Virus record (IMG/VR): IMGVR_UViG_3300033153_006492
Coordinates: 1-64,000 of that record
Direction: 5' to 3' (one strand)
Source of the DNA: a virus
Length of the DNA: 64,000 bases
Within the stretch, counting starts at the first letter, position 1. Every line of letters starts with the position of its first letter. The notes under the pieces were generated by a model. The model was given only the letters and a program-made list of their open reading frames with translations. It was not told the DNA's origin and did no database searches. The position numbers were made by a program, and so were the translations under genes. Below, piece after piece: positions 35,085-45,074 of the stretch.

Positions 35085-35560
35085 TAAATTGGGAACGAGA
35101 AACAGATACACACATATATTTTTGGAATGGTATTTTTTCCAACTTTCATTCAGTGGAATTTGAATATAAGGATCACATATTTCAAAATACTGAACAGGCT
35201 TTTATGTGGGAAAAGGCTATGTATTTTAATGATATGGTAATGGCAAACAAAATACTTAATACTCCAATACCTGGGAAAGCAAAGGCATTAGGGCGGAAGG
35301 TGAAGAATTTTGATGATAAAAAATGGACTCTTATTTCATATCAAATTATGTGTAATGTCAATCGGGCGAAATATGGTCAACATTCTGATTTACAAAAAGT
35401 GTTATTATCTACAGGCTCCAAAATTATTGTTGAAGCATCTCCTTATGATAAAATTTGGGGAGTTGGATTACATTGGTCTGACGACAAACTTCTTAATGAA
35501 TCAAATTGGGATGGATTAAATTTATTAGGAAAATGTTTAATGGAAGTAAGAAATGGATAA
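35081..35560 (+). CDS. NADAR (YbiA-like) protein
   Basis: FSNF, EQAFMWEKA, KALGR, EASPYDKIWGVG, GLNLLGKCLM. Confidence 0.93.
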   Translation: MINWERETDTHIYFWNGIFSNFHSVEFEYKDHIFQNTEQAFMWEKAMYFNDMVMANKILNTPIPGKAKALGRKVKNFDDKKWTLISYQIMCNVNRAKYGQHSDLQKVLLSTGSKIIVEASPYDKIWGVGLHWSDDKLLNESNWDGLNLLGKCLMEVRNG

Positions 35561-35831
35561 ATGTGAATTATGTGGACGAGAAGTAGAAGTTATTACGAGA
35601 CATCATTTAAAGCCTAAGAGTCGCGGTGGAAGTAAAGGCGACGTTGCTATGTTTTGTTTATCGTGTAAGGATATGGTTCATCGTTTGATACCAAACAAGG
35701 ACTTGGATAGAAAGTATGATACTGTAAAAAAACTACTTGACAATCATGGTATTATTCATTATATTGCCTGGGTAAAGAAACAAAAGAAAGAACATATAAC
35801 AATCGCAACCAAAAAGAAGAGAAACAGATGA
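35553..35831 (+). CDS. HNH endonuclease-like protein
   Basis: CELC...TRHHLKPK...CLSC...H. Confidence 0.8.
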   Translation: MDKCELCGREVEVITRHHLKPKSRGGSKGDVAMFCLSCKDMVHRLIPNKDLDRKYDTVKKLLDNHGIIHYIAWVKKQKKEHITIATKKKRNR

Positions 35832-36277
35832 ACCAAGAATTTAAAGAACTATATCAGGAAATTATTTTAGAACACAATCGTTCTCCCAGAAATTTTGGTA
35901 AACTTGAAAATGCTACTCACACGATGGAAGGTATAAATCCACTCTGTGGAGATCAGTATACGATTTATCTTAACATCGAAGATAACATTATTAAAGAAGT
36001 GGGATTTGAGGGATCGGGTTGTGCTATCTCAAAGGCGTCTGCTTCAGTGATGACGACTACAATAAAAGGGAAAACCCTGGAACAAGCAGAAGAGTATTTT
36101 GCTGTATTCCGTAAAATTGTTACAGGTGAAGCGGGTACAGAGGAAACTTTCGATAACGTGGGTAAAATTGCTGCCTTTACCGGAGTCGCAGAATTTCCGG
36201 TGCGTGTGAAATGTGCTTCTTTGGCTTGGCACACAATGCTTAACGCTTTCAACGACAAAAATAAAACAACTATCTAA
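35828..36277 (+). CDS. sufU: SUF-system NifU-family Fe-S assembly protein
   Basis: LYQEIILEH, NPLCGD, GCAISKASAS, RVKCASLAW. Confidence 0.95.
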   Translation: MNQEFKELYQEIILEHNRSPRNFGKLENATHTMEGINPLCGDQYTIYLNIEDNIIKEVGFEGSGCAISKASASVMTTTIKGKTLEQAEEYFAVFRKIVTGEAGTEETFDNVGKIAAFTGVAEFPVRVKCASLAWHTMLNAFNDKNKTTI

Positions 36278-36286
36278 AAAATAAAG

Positions 36287-36315
36287 TTGACTTCATATAA
36301 AAAATGTTGTATATT
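36287..36315 (+). promoter_or_regulatory. sigma70-type early promoter
   Basis: TTGACT-17-TATATT. Confidence 0.65.
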
Positions 36316-36357
36316 GCCTGTGAGTTAAGGATAAAACTAAACTTTTTGGAGCATATA

Positions 36358-37005
36358 ATGACAAAGGTTATGGAACTTAGAAATAAAATCAATGAAAACG
36401 GTGTATCAGAAGACGGGATATGGCAATCTATTCTCGACATAGGTTACGATGAATGGGTAAATCATCAAAAGTGGTCATATGATGATATGCTTAAATGGAT
36501 GAATAAAAATTATGGTGATTTCGCTACTATGGCTATTTTGATTGGTAAATACAATCAACAAGTTTGTAACGGTGGACATCTTCAATATTTTGATAATGGG
36601 TATGCTACAAGTGGTGGTGGAATGTTTAACCTCCATTCAGAAGATATTCATTTACATAATGAGATGATGGAATTGATGGAAAAATTTGAATTGAATACAA
36701 TGGACGAATTAACCGTTGCTGTTTTTAATATTATGATTGATTTTAATGTCCAATTGGATGAAGAACAATATTGTTACGACCATTGTTCAGAATGTGGTGG
36801 TAGAGGAACTATAAATAGTATTGATGAAGAGGAAGAAGAATGTCCTGATTGTGATGGTGGTGAAATAGAATATGAAAATCCTGACTTTAATCATCCTACG
36901 AATCAAGATGATTGGAATAAGCTTGACACTCGTTATTATGAAGTGTCTGACAAATGGGAAGATTGGTTTGAATTGTTTGTAGAAAAAACGGTGTTTGGAA
37001 AATGA
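36358..37005 (+). CDS. DUF4375/DMP19-like protein with DnaJ-type zinc finger
   Basis: QVCNGGHLQYFDN; CSECGGRG...CPDCDGG. Confidence 0.65.
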   Translation: MTKVMELRNKINENGVSEDGIWQSILDIGYDEWVNHQKWSYDDMLKWMNKNYGDFATMAILIGKYNQQVCNGGHLQYFDNGYATSGGGMFNLHSEDIHLHNEMMELMEKFELNTMDELTVAVFNIMIDFNVQLDEEQYCYDHCSECGGRGTINSIDEEEEECPDCDGGEIEYENPDFNHPTNQDDWNKLDTRYYEVSDKWEDWFELFVEKTVFGK

Positions 37006-37028
37006 TATTAAAAATATGAGGGTCATTT

Positions 37029-37577
37029 ATGGAAACAAAACACGGACTTAGCGAACAAGAAATTAAAGATGCATTTGATAAGATGTCTGAGCAGATTAAA
37101 ACTGCTGCAGCACGTCCTACAGGTGCATCTACTCCAGAATATACTCCTCCTATCATATCAAGATTTATGGATGATCAACCAATAGATGAACCAGATCCAC
37201 TCAGTTCAATCAATTCACAACCAACAGCGTCATTGAACGATAATCCTGTTCACCAAATTAATATAGAATATGGTTCACAGGCATTTGGTTCAACTATGCA
37301 TACTGGAACTAATTATTCAGGTCGTCCAGACATAGAAGATTATCGTTTGCGTACAATACGGAACGAAATTCAAGCACGACAATCTAAACAATCCAATATG
37401 GAACAAAATGAACTTAGAAACGTTAAAACTGTTAATCGTAGTGTACAAATTCTAAAGGTGGTAACAAACTTAAATAAGTTATTCTTATTCTGTATTACTA
37501 AAATCAAACATTTTTCTATCATTACATATAAAGGTTTTTATGGTTGGATAACATATGAAGAAATAACGAACAAATAA
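37029..37577 (+). CDS. hypothetical protein
   Basis: ORF track. Confidence 0.6.
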   Translation: METKHGLSEQEIKDAFDKMSEQIKTAAARPTGASTPEYTPPIISRFMDDQPIDEPDPLSSINSQPTASLNDNPVHQINIEYGSQAFGSTMHTGTNYSGRPDIEDYRLRTIRNEIQARQSKQSNMEQNELRNVKTVNRSVQILKVVTNLNKLFLFCITKIKHFSIITYKGFYGWITYEEITNK

Positions 37578-37593
37578 ATAGGAGGACAAGGCT

Positions 37594-37806
37594 ATGTATT
37601 CATTTTCAGGCTTTATGGTATTGTTGGTTTGTCTGGGTTTAGCGTATTATTATATCATGAAATGGTATGATATTAGGCAGGCAGAAATCGAAGAAAAGAT
37701 AAACGATGCTAAAGAAATTGGTGAATTAGATGACAAAGTTAAAAAGGTTAATGTTGATAAACTTAAAAAACAGAAAGGGAATATAAAGAAATTTGAAAAT
37801 AGTTAA
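37594..37806 (+). CDS. small membrane protein upstream of SPFH gene
   Basis: GGAGG RBS; N-terminal TM. Confidence 0.7.
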   Translation: MYSFSGFMVLLVCLGLAYYYIMKWYDIRQAEIEEKINDAKEIGELDDKVKKVNVDKLKKQKGNIKKFENS

Positions 37807-37841
37807 TTAATTATTCATTAAACAAAAAGGGAGGTCTTTTT

Positions 37842-39047
37842 ATGAAGATCAGTAAATCCAAAATTGGATTAGTTTTTATTGGAATAGCAATTGTTATAGT
37901 TGCTGTTTTATTCGGCCGGTTGGCTGAAACAAATGATGCAGGGTTTTTCCGGATTAAACAAGCGGCTTTTACAGGTGACATGACTGTAAGAATTTTACCT
38001 GGAATGTATGGACAATGGTTCGGGGATATTTTTATTTACAAAGAAGTGGCTACTATTGGTATTGGAGATCAAGAAGGTGAAGGTTCAGCAGATTTACCTG
38101 CTGTGAGGGTTATTTTTAATGATGGTTCTATGGCTGATATTAGTGCTTTAGTTCGTGTTCAATTACCTCGAACAGTGGAACAAATTAAAAACTTAAAGAA
38201 AGAATTTTCTGGCGGTTATGACCATTTCATCAGGTCAGGAGTTGTTCCTATTGTAGAAAATGCTATTAAATTATCTGCTAACTTACGTTCTGCACAAGAT
38301 GCTTATACTACATTAGCTTTATTCCAGCAAGCTATTGAAGATCAATTGCGTAATGGAATTTATGTTACGAAAAGTGATAAAGTTATAGTTACTCGTAGCA
38401 CAGGTGATACTGAGGAACAAAAAATTACTGCTGTGGTATATCATCCAATGGACAGCGATAAACTTGATGTTAATGGTCTTCCTTTAGCTGGAAAACCAAT
38501 GCGGATGCAAAATCGTTTTGCTGAACTTGGTTGTGAAGTTAAGGAATGTGTAATCAGCAAACCTCAATTTGATCCTAAAGTTGATGAAATGATTGCAGCT
38601 CGTAAAGACGAAGCGATGAAGACTGAATTAGCTAAACAAGAAGCTATTCGTGCGAAACAGGATGCTATTACAGCCGAAGAAAAAGGTAAGGCGAATGTAG
38701 CTACTGCTAAATACGAAAAGGAAGTTGAACTTGTTAAGGCTACGACTAAAGCTCGCGAAAAATTTGAAGTTGCGCAGTTTGGTGCAAAGGAAGCTCTTGA
38801 AGCAAAGAAAAAGAAGATTTCCATTGCTCAAGGTGTGAAACAAGAATTGCTTATTGCTGATGGATTGTCTGCTCGTGCAAAGTTTCAAATTGAAAAAGAT
38901 GTAGAACGCGACATTGGTGTGGCTCAACATATGTCTAAGTGGGTTGGACCTCAAATTGTTATGACTGGTGGTTCTGATGGTAAAGGTGGGTCTGGAATTG
39001 AAAATGCGTTAATGATTCAAATGATGAAAGAAATCATTAAAAAGTAG
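37842..39047 (+). CDS. SPFH/band-7 domain membrane protein
   Basis: N-terminal TM, SPFH-like core, Ala/Glu/Lys coiled coil. Confidence 0.8.
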   Translation: MKISKSKIGLVFIGIAIVIVAVLFGRLAETNDAGFFRIKQAAFTGDMTVRILPGMYGQWFGDIFIYKEVATIGIGDQEGEGSADLPAVRVIFNDGSMADISALVRVQLPRTVEQIKNLKKEFSGGYDHFIRSGVVPIVENAIKLSANLRSAQDAYTTLALFQQAIEDQLRNGIYVTKSDKVIVTRSTGDTEEQKITAVVYHPMDSDKLDVNGLPLAGKPMRMQNRFAELGCEVKECVISKPQFDPKVDEMIAARKDEAMKTELAKQEAIRAKQDAITAEEKGKANVATAKYEKEVELVKATTKAREKFEVAQFGAKEALEAKKKKISIAQGVKQELLIADGLSARAKFQIEKDVERDIGVAQHMSKWVGPQIVMTGGSDGKGGSGIENALMIQMMKEIIKK

Positions 39048-39274
39048 AAGATATTAATTCGTGGGGAGGGTGAAATTCCCTTCCCTTTATTATTATGAGG
39101 AAAGTTATGAAAGAAGTTACAATATCTCTATATGTTAAATCTTTATTTTTTAAAATAGTAATGGCTATATTGATATTTGCTGTTGCTATGTTATTATATA
39201 GAATTTATTATCCTGTCGAAAAAGAAGAAACAATAATACAACGAACATATTTTGTGGATAGAGGAGAACATTAA

Positions 39275-39622
39275 ATGCCAACTTTTGAAATTTTACGAGA
39301 CGATGATGTAGTTGTATTTCAAGAAGCATTAACTCGACAAGAATTAGAATCTGATTACTTATTAGAACTTCGTTCAGAAAATAAAGAAAATTCTTATACT
39401 GTATTTAAGCTGGACGATGATTTGGTTCGAATAGGAACATCGAAAAACTATATTCCATATTCAGAAGATAAGGATATTCCTATAAAATCTGTTTTTCATA
39501 ATAATCTTTTTTCAGATTTATTAAACACATTTAATATGAGGGGATTACATGGATTATCTGGATTATCTGATGGTGAATTACCTGAATTGATTGATGAATT
39601 TGGAGGAGATGAAGATGAGTAA
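39275..39622 (+). CDS. hypothetical protein
   Basis: GAGGAG RBS. Confidence 0.65.
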   Translation: MPTFEILRDDDVVVFQEALTRQELESDYLLELRSENKENSYTVFKLDDDLVRIGTSKNYIPYSEDKDIPIKSVFHNNLFSDLLNTFNMRGLHGLSGLSDGELPELIDEFGGDEDE

Positions 39623-40097
39623 TGGTATTATAGAAGTTAAGAAAAAGAAATCATTCCGTCAATCTACAGATAAATATGTTTTTTGTAGGAAATGCGGAAT
39701 TAAAGAAGTTAAAATATCAGAAGAAGCCATTAGTGGAATTTGTTGGTTGTGTGTATTAAAAGGAGTTGACCCTCCAATTCAACTTATGTTAGAGCGAAAG
39801 AGACTTGAACGAGAAAAACATCCACCTAAACAACGTGGTTGGCAGTTTATGAAGGAATATGTTGATGAAGAAGGGAATGTGTATCATAAGGGAGTAGAAC
39901 AGCCTGATTTGAAGGACACATTACCGTCGACACCAAAAAAAGAATCAAAGAAGAAGTCCTTTGAAGAAAAACAAATTCACGAAGAAAAGAAACATTCCAA
40001 GTTAATCAAACGTTTTGAGAAGGCGAAAAAAGAAAAAAAGAAAAAGCAAAAAAATAAATTTACGAATAAACCGTTACGAACAAGAAACAAAAAATAG
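39609..40097 (+). CDS. zinc-finger basic hypothetical protein
   Basis: CRKC...CWLC; RGWQFMKEYVDEEGNVYHKGVEQP. Confidence 0.7.
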   Translation: MKMSNGIIEVKKKKSFRQSTDKYVFCRKCGIKEVKISEEAISGICWLCVLKGVDPPIQLMLERKRLEREKHPPKQRGWQFMKEYVDEEGNVYHKGVEQPDLKDTLPSTPKKESKKKSFEEKQIHEEKKHSKLIKRFEKAKKEKKKKQKNKFTNKPLRTRNKK

Positions 40098-40107
40098 GAG
40101 GTGTATT

Positions 40108-40867
40108 ATGAATGTACATTTATTAATTATCGATCCACAGAATGATTTTAGTAATCCACAAGGTTCATTATTTGTTCCTGGTGCTGATGATGATATGAAA
40201 CGTTTAGCGACAATGCGTTACGCTTGATTCACATCGTACCGTTGATATTGCTCACCCTGTTTTCTGGAAAGATTCAGCTGGGAAACATCCAAATCCTTTC
40301 ACAATCATAACGTTACAAGATGTAGAAAATGGAACATGGCAAGCTACGAATCCTGGATTCTCTGCTCGTGCATTAGATTATGTGAAACAATTGGAAACCA
40401 ATGGTCGTTATCCATTGTGTATTTGGCCTGAACATTGTATAATTGGTACCTGGGGTCATTCAATTTATCCTGAACTTTCTGATTCTTTACTTGATTGGGA
40501 ACGTGACAGATTTGCGATTGTTGATTATGTAACAAAGGGTAGCAACGTATTTACTGAACATTATTCTGCTGTTCAAGCTGATGTACCTGATCAGGCTGAT
40601 CCTTCAACGATGTTAAACAGTCGTTTGATTGATATTTTACAGGATGCTGATTTGGTTGCTATTACAGGTGAAGCATTGAGTCATTGTGTGGCTAACACAG
40701 TTGGCGACATCATTGATAATTTTGGTGCTGAAAATGTTAAGAAACTTGTTTTGTTGGAAGATACGACAAGCAACGTCACTGGATTTGAAAATCTTGGTGA
40801 AAATTTTGTAAAGGATGCTGTTGCTAAGGGAATGCAGGTTTCTACATCTACGGATTTTTTGAAATAA
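40108..40867 (+). pseudogene. pncA: nicotinamidase/isochorismatase, frameshifted by an apparent short deletion
   Basis: IIDPQNDF...LFVPGA in one frame; VTLDSH, IWPEHC, GEALSHCV in another frame from 40217. Confidence 0.85.
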
Positions 40868-40881
40868 ATGGAGAATAAACA

Positions 40882-41112
40882 ATGTCAGATTATCTTAACT
40901 ATGTACCGGGACTTCCGATAAAATGTAATAGTCCATCACGCGATCCGCAACAATCACAGATACCGCATATTGTAGGTGTTATTAATATTATTACGGGTGA
41001 TGATGGAAAACAACGGTATGTTGGTGATACATATGAAGTAAATGAAGAATATTATTCAGAATATTCATATTTGATAAAATTATTTATGAAAGAACATGGA
41101 TTAATTAAATGA
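40882..41112 (+). CDS. hypothetical protein
   Basis: GGAG RBS. Confidence 0.6.
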   Translation: MSDYLNYVPGLPIKCNSPSRDPQQSQIPHIVGVINIITGDDGKQRYVGDTYEVNEEYYSEYSYLIKLFMKEHGLIK

Positions 41113-41124
41113 GGAGGATAAGTT

Positions 41125-41862
41125 ATGCCTTTATTAATGGATGAAACTCAGGAACAAATAAAATCCGGCTCGAATTATAAGTTCAGTGCGGTGAAATTAG
41201 ATTCACTTGGAGCCAGTGAATATACATTGGTTACAATTGTCGTAGACCGTTCGTCTTCTCTATATGGTTATGACAGGGATCTTGAAAAGATGATTAAAGA
41301 ATCAGTAGATTCATGTAAAAAAAGTGGTCGTGTGGAAAATCTTCTTATTAGATTAGTATCATTTAATCAGCAGGAATCTGAAGAACATGGATTTAAGTTA
41401 TTGAATACGATTGATTTAGTTGATTATGATAACTTAATTAAAACATCTGGTTCAACTCGTTTGTTTGATTCGGCATATCATGCTATTGAAGCGACAGCCG
41501 AATATGCAAAGATTATGGCTAAACAGGATTATTTCTCTAATGCCATTATATTTGTTATAACTGATGGTGATGATAATTCGTCAACATATGGGCCTGGACA
41601 AATAAAGACGCTTCTTGAAAAGGTTCGTCAATCAGAGGATTTGGAATCTATTGCTGTTGTACTTGTTGGTATGAATGGAGAAGCATATGTTCAACAATAT
41701 CTTGACGACTTCAAAAAGGATGCTGAACTTGATGAATATATTGATATGGGTGATGTATCGGCTTCTAAACTTGCCAAACTTGCCGGTTATATTAGTAGAA
41801 GTATAAGTTCAACTTCTCAGGCACTTGGTGGTGGTGGAAAATCAACATCATTGTCATTTTAA
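41125..41862 (+). CDS. vWA domain protein (TerY-like)
   Basis: VVDRSSS MIDAS, TRLFD, VITDGDDNSS. Confidence 0.88.
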   Translation: MPLLMDETQEQIKSGSNYKFSAVKLDSLGASEYTLVTIVVDRSSSLYGYDRDLEKMIKESVDSCKKSGRVENLLIRLVSFNQQESEEHGFKLLNTIDLVDYDNLIKTSGSTRLFDSAYHAIEATAEYAKIMAKQDYFSNAIIFVITDGDDNSSTYGPGQIKTLLEKVRQSEDLESIAVVLVGMNGEAYVQQYLDDFKKDAELDEYIDMGDVSASKLAKLAGYISRSISSTSQALGGGGKSTSLSF

Positions 41863-41874
41863 GGAGGTTAAAAA

Positions 41875-42231
41875 ATGGGATGTTTTAGTTATGTGTGCCA
41901 AATATGTGGAGACCCAGTAAATTCTGATAGTTTTTCTGGTGAACATGTTAAGTTATTTCTGTTAAAAGAGGGAAAGGTCATTGAAAAACTAAGTGGACAA
42001 TATGATAGTTACGGTAGAGTATTTGATGAAAATATGAAATCTATTGAATGGAAAATGGATTGGACTGATGTATGTGATTTAGAATTTAGCAAAGATAAAT
42101 CAAATGGTATCGCTGCTATTCATACAGATTGTTTTGATGGTACTATTCCAATAGAAAGATCAGAATCCGATCCTGATCAGGGATGGGGCGAATATAAACA
42201 TTCTACGGATGGTACAAATAACGAAGGGTGA
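41875..42231 (+). CDS. hypothetical protein
   Basis: MGCFSYVCQIC...GQYDSYG...PDQGW. Confidence 0.7.
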   Translation: MGCFSYVCQICGDPVNSDSFSGEHVKLFLLKEGKVIEKLSGQYDSYGRVFDENMKSIEWKMDWTDVCDLEFSKDKSNGIAAIHTDCFDGTIPIERSESDPDQGWGEYKHSTDGTNNEG

Positions 42232-42235
42232 ATAT

Positions 42236-43039
42236 ATGAATTCAGATAGTCATTTCTTAATAGGGCATAGTCATAATGTATGTGAAGATTATGCCCTTTC
42301 AGGTAAACATGATGATTTACATTATGCTATTGTATCAGATGGTTGTTCGGCGTCAAAGGATGTAGATATTGGTGCTCGAATTTTAGCGAAGACGGCTGAA
42401 TCTGTTATTAAAGCTGTGTATACACATCCGTATCAACCTCATTACTATTGGAATATCATAGGTAGCATGATTATATCAAATGCTCAGAGGACTATTCGTA
42501 GTCTCGGGATAGCAGATACAGCACTTGATGCTACGTTATTATTTGCAGTTGGATATGAAGATAGAGAATCTTTTTCTCTCTTTGCTTATGGTGATGGTTC
42601 ATTTTCGTATTATGACATTGATAATAAATTACATATCATTGATATTGAATATGAAAGTGGTGCTCCATATTATCTGTCTTATCGGCTCGACAAACAAAGA
42701 CAAGAGGGTTACCGTGAGAATTTTCCTGGGAAAGTTAATATAAATCATTATTATGAAAATGATGATGGAAAATTAGATATTAAGGTTGGAAGTGTTGAAC
42801 ATTATGATTTTGAATTTTGTTTAGATGTTCCAGTTGGGTCATATATATCTGTTTTTTCAGATGGAACACACACATTTTCTGGATTAAAATTTACTGAAAC
42901 AGCGAAAGAATTTATGAACTTCAAAAATCACACAGGTGATTTTGTAAAACGGCGAATGAATGTTATTAAACGACGATGTGATAAAGAAGGGATTAAATAT
43001 TCTGACGATGTTTCAATGGCAAGTATTTATGTAGGATAG
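42236..43039 (+). CDS. PP2C-like protein phosphatase
   Basis: GHSHNVCEDY, VSDGCS, GDG, FSDG, DDVS. Confidence 0.88.
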   Translation: MNSDSHFLIGHSHNVCEDYALSGKHDDLHYAIVSDGCSASKDVDIGARILAKTAESVIKAVYTHPYQPHYYWNIIGSMIISNAQRTIRSLGIADTALDATLLFAVGYEDRESFSLFAYGDGSFSYYDIDNKLHIIDIEYESGAPYYLSYRLDKQRQEGYRENFPGKVNINHYYENDDGKLDIKVGSVEHYDFEFCLDVPVGSYISVFSDGTHTFSGLKFTETAKEFMNFKNHTGDFVKRRMNVIKRRCDKEGIKYSDDVSMASIYVG

Positions 43040-43043
43040 TATT

Positions 43044-43253
43044 ATGAATAAAAATAAAAAAATAGTTTTATATCCAATCGAAGTACCAAAAGGAATGTAT
43101 TGTATGGAACATAAAGCACCATTTGCTATATGTGAACATTTGGATAATGAAGGTGGTGTTTCAATATGTAATCTCAATTTTCCATTTCTTAATGATACTG
43201 AATATGGAATTACAAAATCTCCCATTTGTGTGAATTTAAAGGATAAAAAATGA
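43044..43253 (+). CDS. small Cys-rich protein
   Basis: ORF track. Confidence 0.55.
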   Translation: MNKNKKIVLYPIEVPKGMYCMEHKAPFAICEHLDNEGGVSICNLNFPFLNDTEYGITKSPICVNLKDKK

Positions 43254-44947
43254 AAAAACAAGTTCATATCGAAAATGTTGGGAATGTAGCTCTTACTGAT
43301 AAAAATTATATTGGTGCTGGTGGTGAAGCGTCTGTTTATCAGTCCGGTAAATTGGCTGTAAAGATTTATCATGATTCAGTCAAAGCAATACCTAAAGATA
43401 AAATGTTAGAACTTGGGAAGATACAGGCTGTTAATGTTCTAAAACCATTGCATGTAGTTTACGACTTAAAGAATAAAGATGTAATTGGATATGCTATGCA
43501 GTATATAAAAAACACTGAAGCATTATGTAAATTATTTACAAAGTCATTTAAGCAACAACATAATTTAACTCCACAAATTATTATGGGGTTGATTCAAAAG
43601 ATGCAAGAAACTGTTGCTCAAGTTCATTATGATGATTGTCTTATTGTAGATTTGAATGAAATGAATTTATTGACTTCAAATGATTTTAAGATACCATATT
43701 TTATAGATACAGACAGTTATCAAACTCCAAACTATAAAGCTACGGCTATAATGGATTCGATTAGAGATAGAACGACTTCACATGGTTCATTTAGTAATTT
43801 AACTGATTGGTATGCTTTTGCTATCATTGCTTTTCAGTTATATATTGGTATTCATCCTTACAAGGGTAAACATCCAAACTATAAGCCGAATCAATGGCAA
43901 CAGCGAATGGACGATGGAATATCTGTTTTTGATAAAGCAGTATCTCTTCCACCAGTGTGTAATGATTTCAGTGTTATTCCGCATCGCCATCGTACATGGA
44001 TGGAAGATTTATTTTTACATAACAATAGAAGTGAACCACCTCAAATTAGTGTCAGTGCTCCAATAGCATTTGTTCCTAAGATAGTTATCATTAATTCATC
44101 TGATACAGTAAATGTTGATTTAGTTGTAGATTTGGATTCAAAGAAATATGGTATTCAAAGTGTGTATAGTTTTATGGGTACAAAGTATTATCTTACTAAC
44201 GACTCTATTTACAAAAATAATAAATTGGTGGTTACAAGAGGATTTCGTTCATACGATAAAATTTTATTATGCGAAACGAATGCTATGACTCCTGTCATAT
44301 GTAAATTAATACATAAGACATTAACATTTGAAAGTGGTAGAGATGAAATAGGGAAACTTCAAACCGATGGTATGATGTATAAGCATGGAAAAATTTATAC
44401 AATGTCTGGTGGTAATTTATATAGAAATTCATTTCGTGAGATTAATAATAAGACATTGCATCAAATAGATTTTATTTCTCAAGTAAGCGAACATTCATCA
44501 AGAATGTTTGAAGGATTTGTATATCAAGATTTATTAGGTAAGCCATATTTTACCATTCCACTTGACGACAAATGTAAAAATTATTACATAAAGGAATTAG
44601 AAGGACATAGAATACTGGATGCTAAGGTGGAACGTAATGTATGTGTGGTAATGGCAGAACGTAAAGGGAAGTATCACAGATTTGTAATTATATTTGATTA
44701 CGACAAAGATACATATAATGTAAGAAAAACAGAAGATGTGTCGTATGATACGGTTAATTTTACTGTCATACAAAAAGGAGTTTGTATTTTGGCTATTGAA
44801 AACAAACAGGCTGAACTATTTATAGATAATGTAAAAATTAAAGTCATTGATAATACTCCATTTGACACATCAACGAAATTGATAAGTTTTGATAATGGTG
44901 TTTATTTTATTCATGACGATAAATTATTTGCAATTACAATGAAATAA
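43250..44947 (+). CDS. Ser/Thr protein kinase-like protein
   Basis: IGAGGEASVY, AVKIY, DLNEMNLL, FIDTDS, DWYAFA, HPYKG. Confidence 0.88.
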   Translation: MKKQVHIENVGNVALTDKNYIGAGGEASVYQSGKLAVKIYHDSVKAIPKDKMLELGKIQAVNVLKPLHVVYDLKNKDVIGYAMQYIKNTEALCKLFTKSFKQQHNLTPQIIMGLIQKMQETVAQVHYDDCLIVDLNEMNLLTSNDFKIPYFIDTDSYQTPNYKATAIMDSIRDRTTSHGSFSNLTDWYAFAIIAFQLYIGIHPYKGKHPNYKPNQWQQRMDDGISVFDKAVSLPPVCNDFSVIPHRHRTWMEDLFLHNNRSEPPQISVSAPIAFVPKIVIINSSDTVNVDLVVDLDSKKYGIQSVYSFMGTKYYLTNDSIYKNNKLVVTRGFRSYDKILLCETNAMTPVICKLIHKTLTFESGRDEIGKLQTDGMMYKHGKIYTMSGGNLYRNSFREINNKTLHQIDFISQVSEHSSRMFEGFVYQDLLGKPYFTIPLDDKCKNYYIKELEGHRILDAKVERNVCVVMAERKGKYHRFVIIFDYDKDTYNVRKTEDVSYDTVNFTVIQKGVCILAIENKQAELFIDNVKIKVIDNTPFDTSTKLISFDNGVYFIHDDKLFAITMK

Positions 44948-44991
44948 ATACTCACCTGCCATTCGTAAGATGTAAGAGCCGAAGCGAGATG

Positions 44992-45017
44992 GCTCCGCCT
45001 TTGAGCGGAGCTTTTTT
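44992..45017 (+). terminator. intrinsic terminator
   Basis: GCTCCGC-CTTTGA-GCGGAGC-TTTTTT. Confidence 0.8.
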
Positions 45018-45019
45018 AT

Positions 45020-45048
45020 TTGACAAGCATATTTAATTTGTGTATATT
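45020..45048 (+). promoter_or_regulatory. sigma70-type early promoter
   Basis: TTGACA-17-TATATT-CTG. Confidence 0.75.
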
Positions 45049-45074
45049 CTGGTATTAAAAAATAAAAGGAAATA

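Noticed and set aside
40210-40230. Programmed frameshift in pncA
   Set aside because: No slippery sequence, and residues appear to be missing, which points to a deletion or misassembly.
44950-45017. Riboswitch or ribozyme upstream of def (GAGCC/GGCTC hairpin competing with the terminator)
   Set aside because: No known consensus recognised, and def has its own promoter downstream of the terminator.
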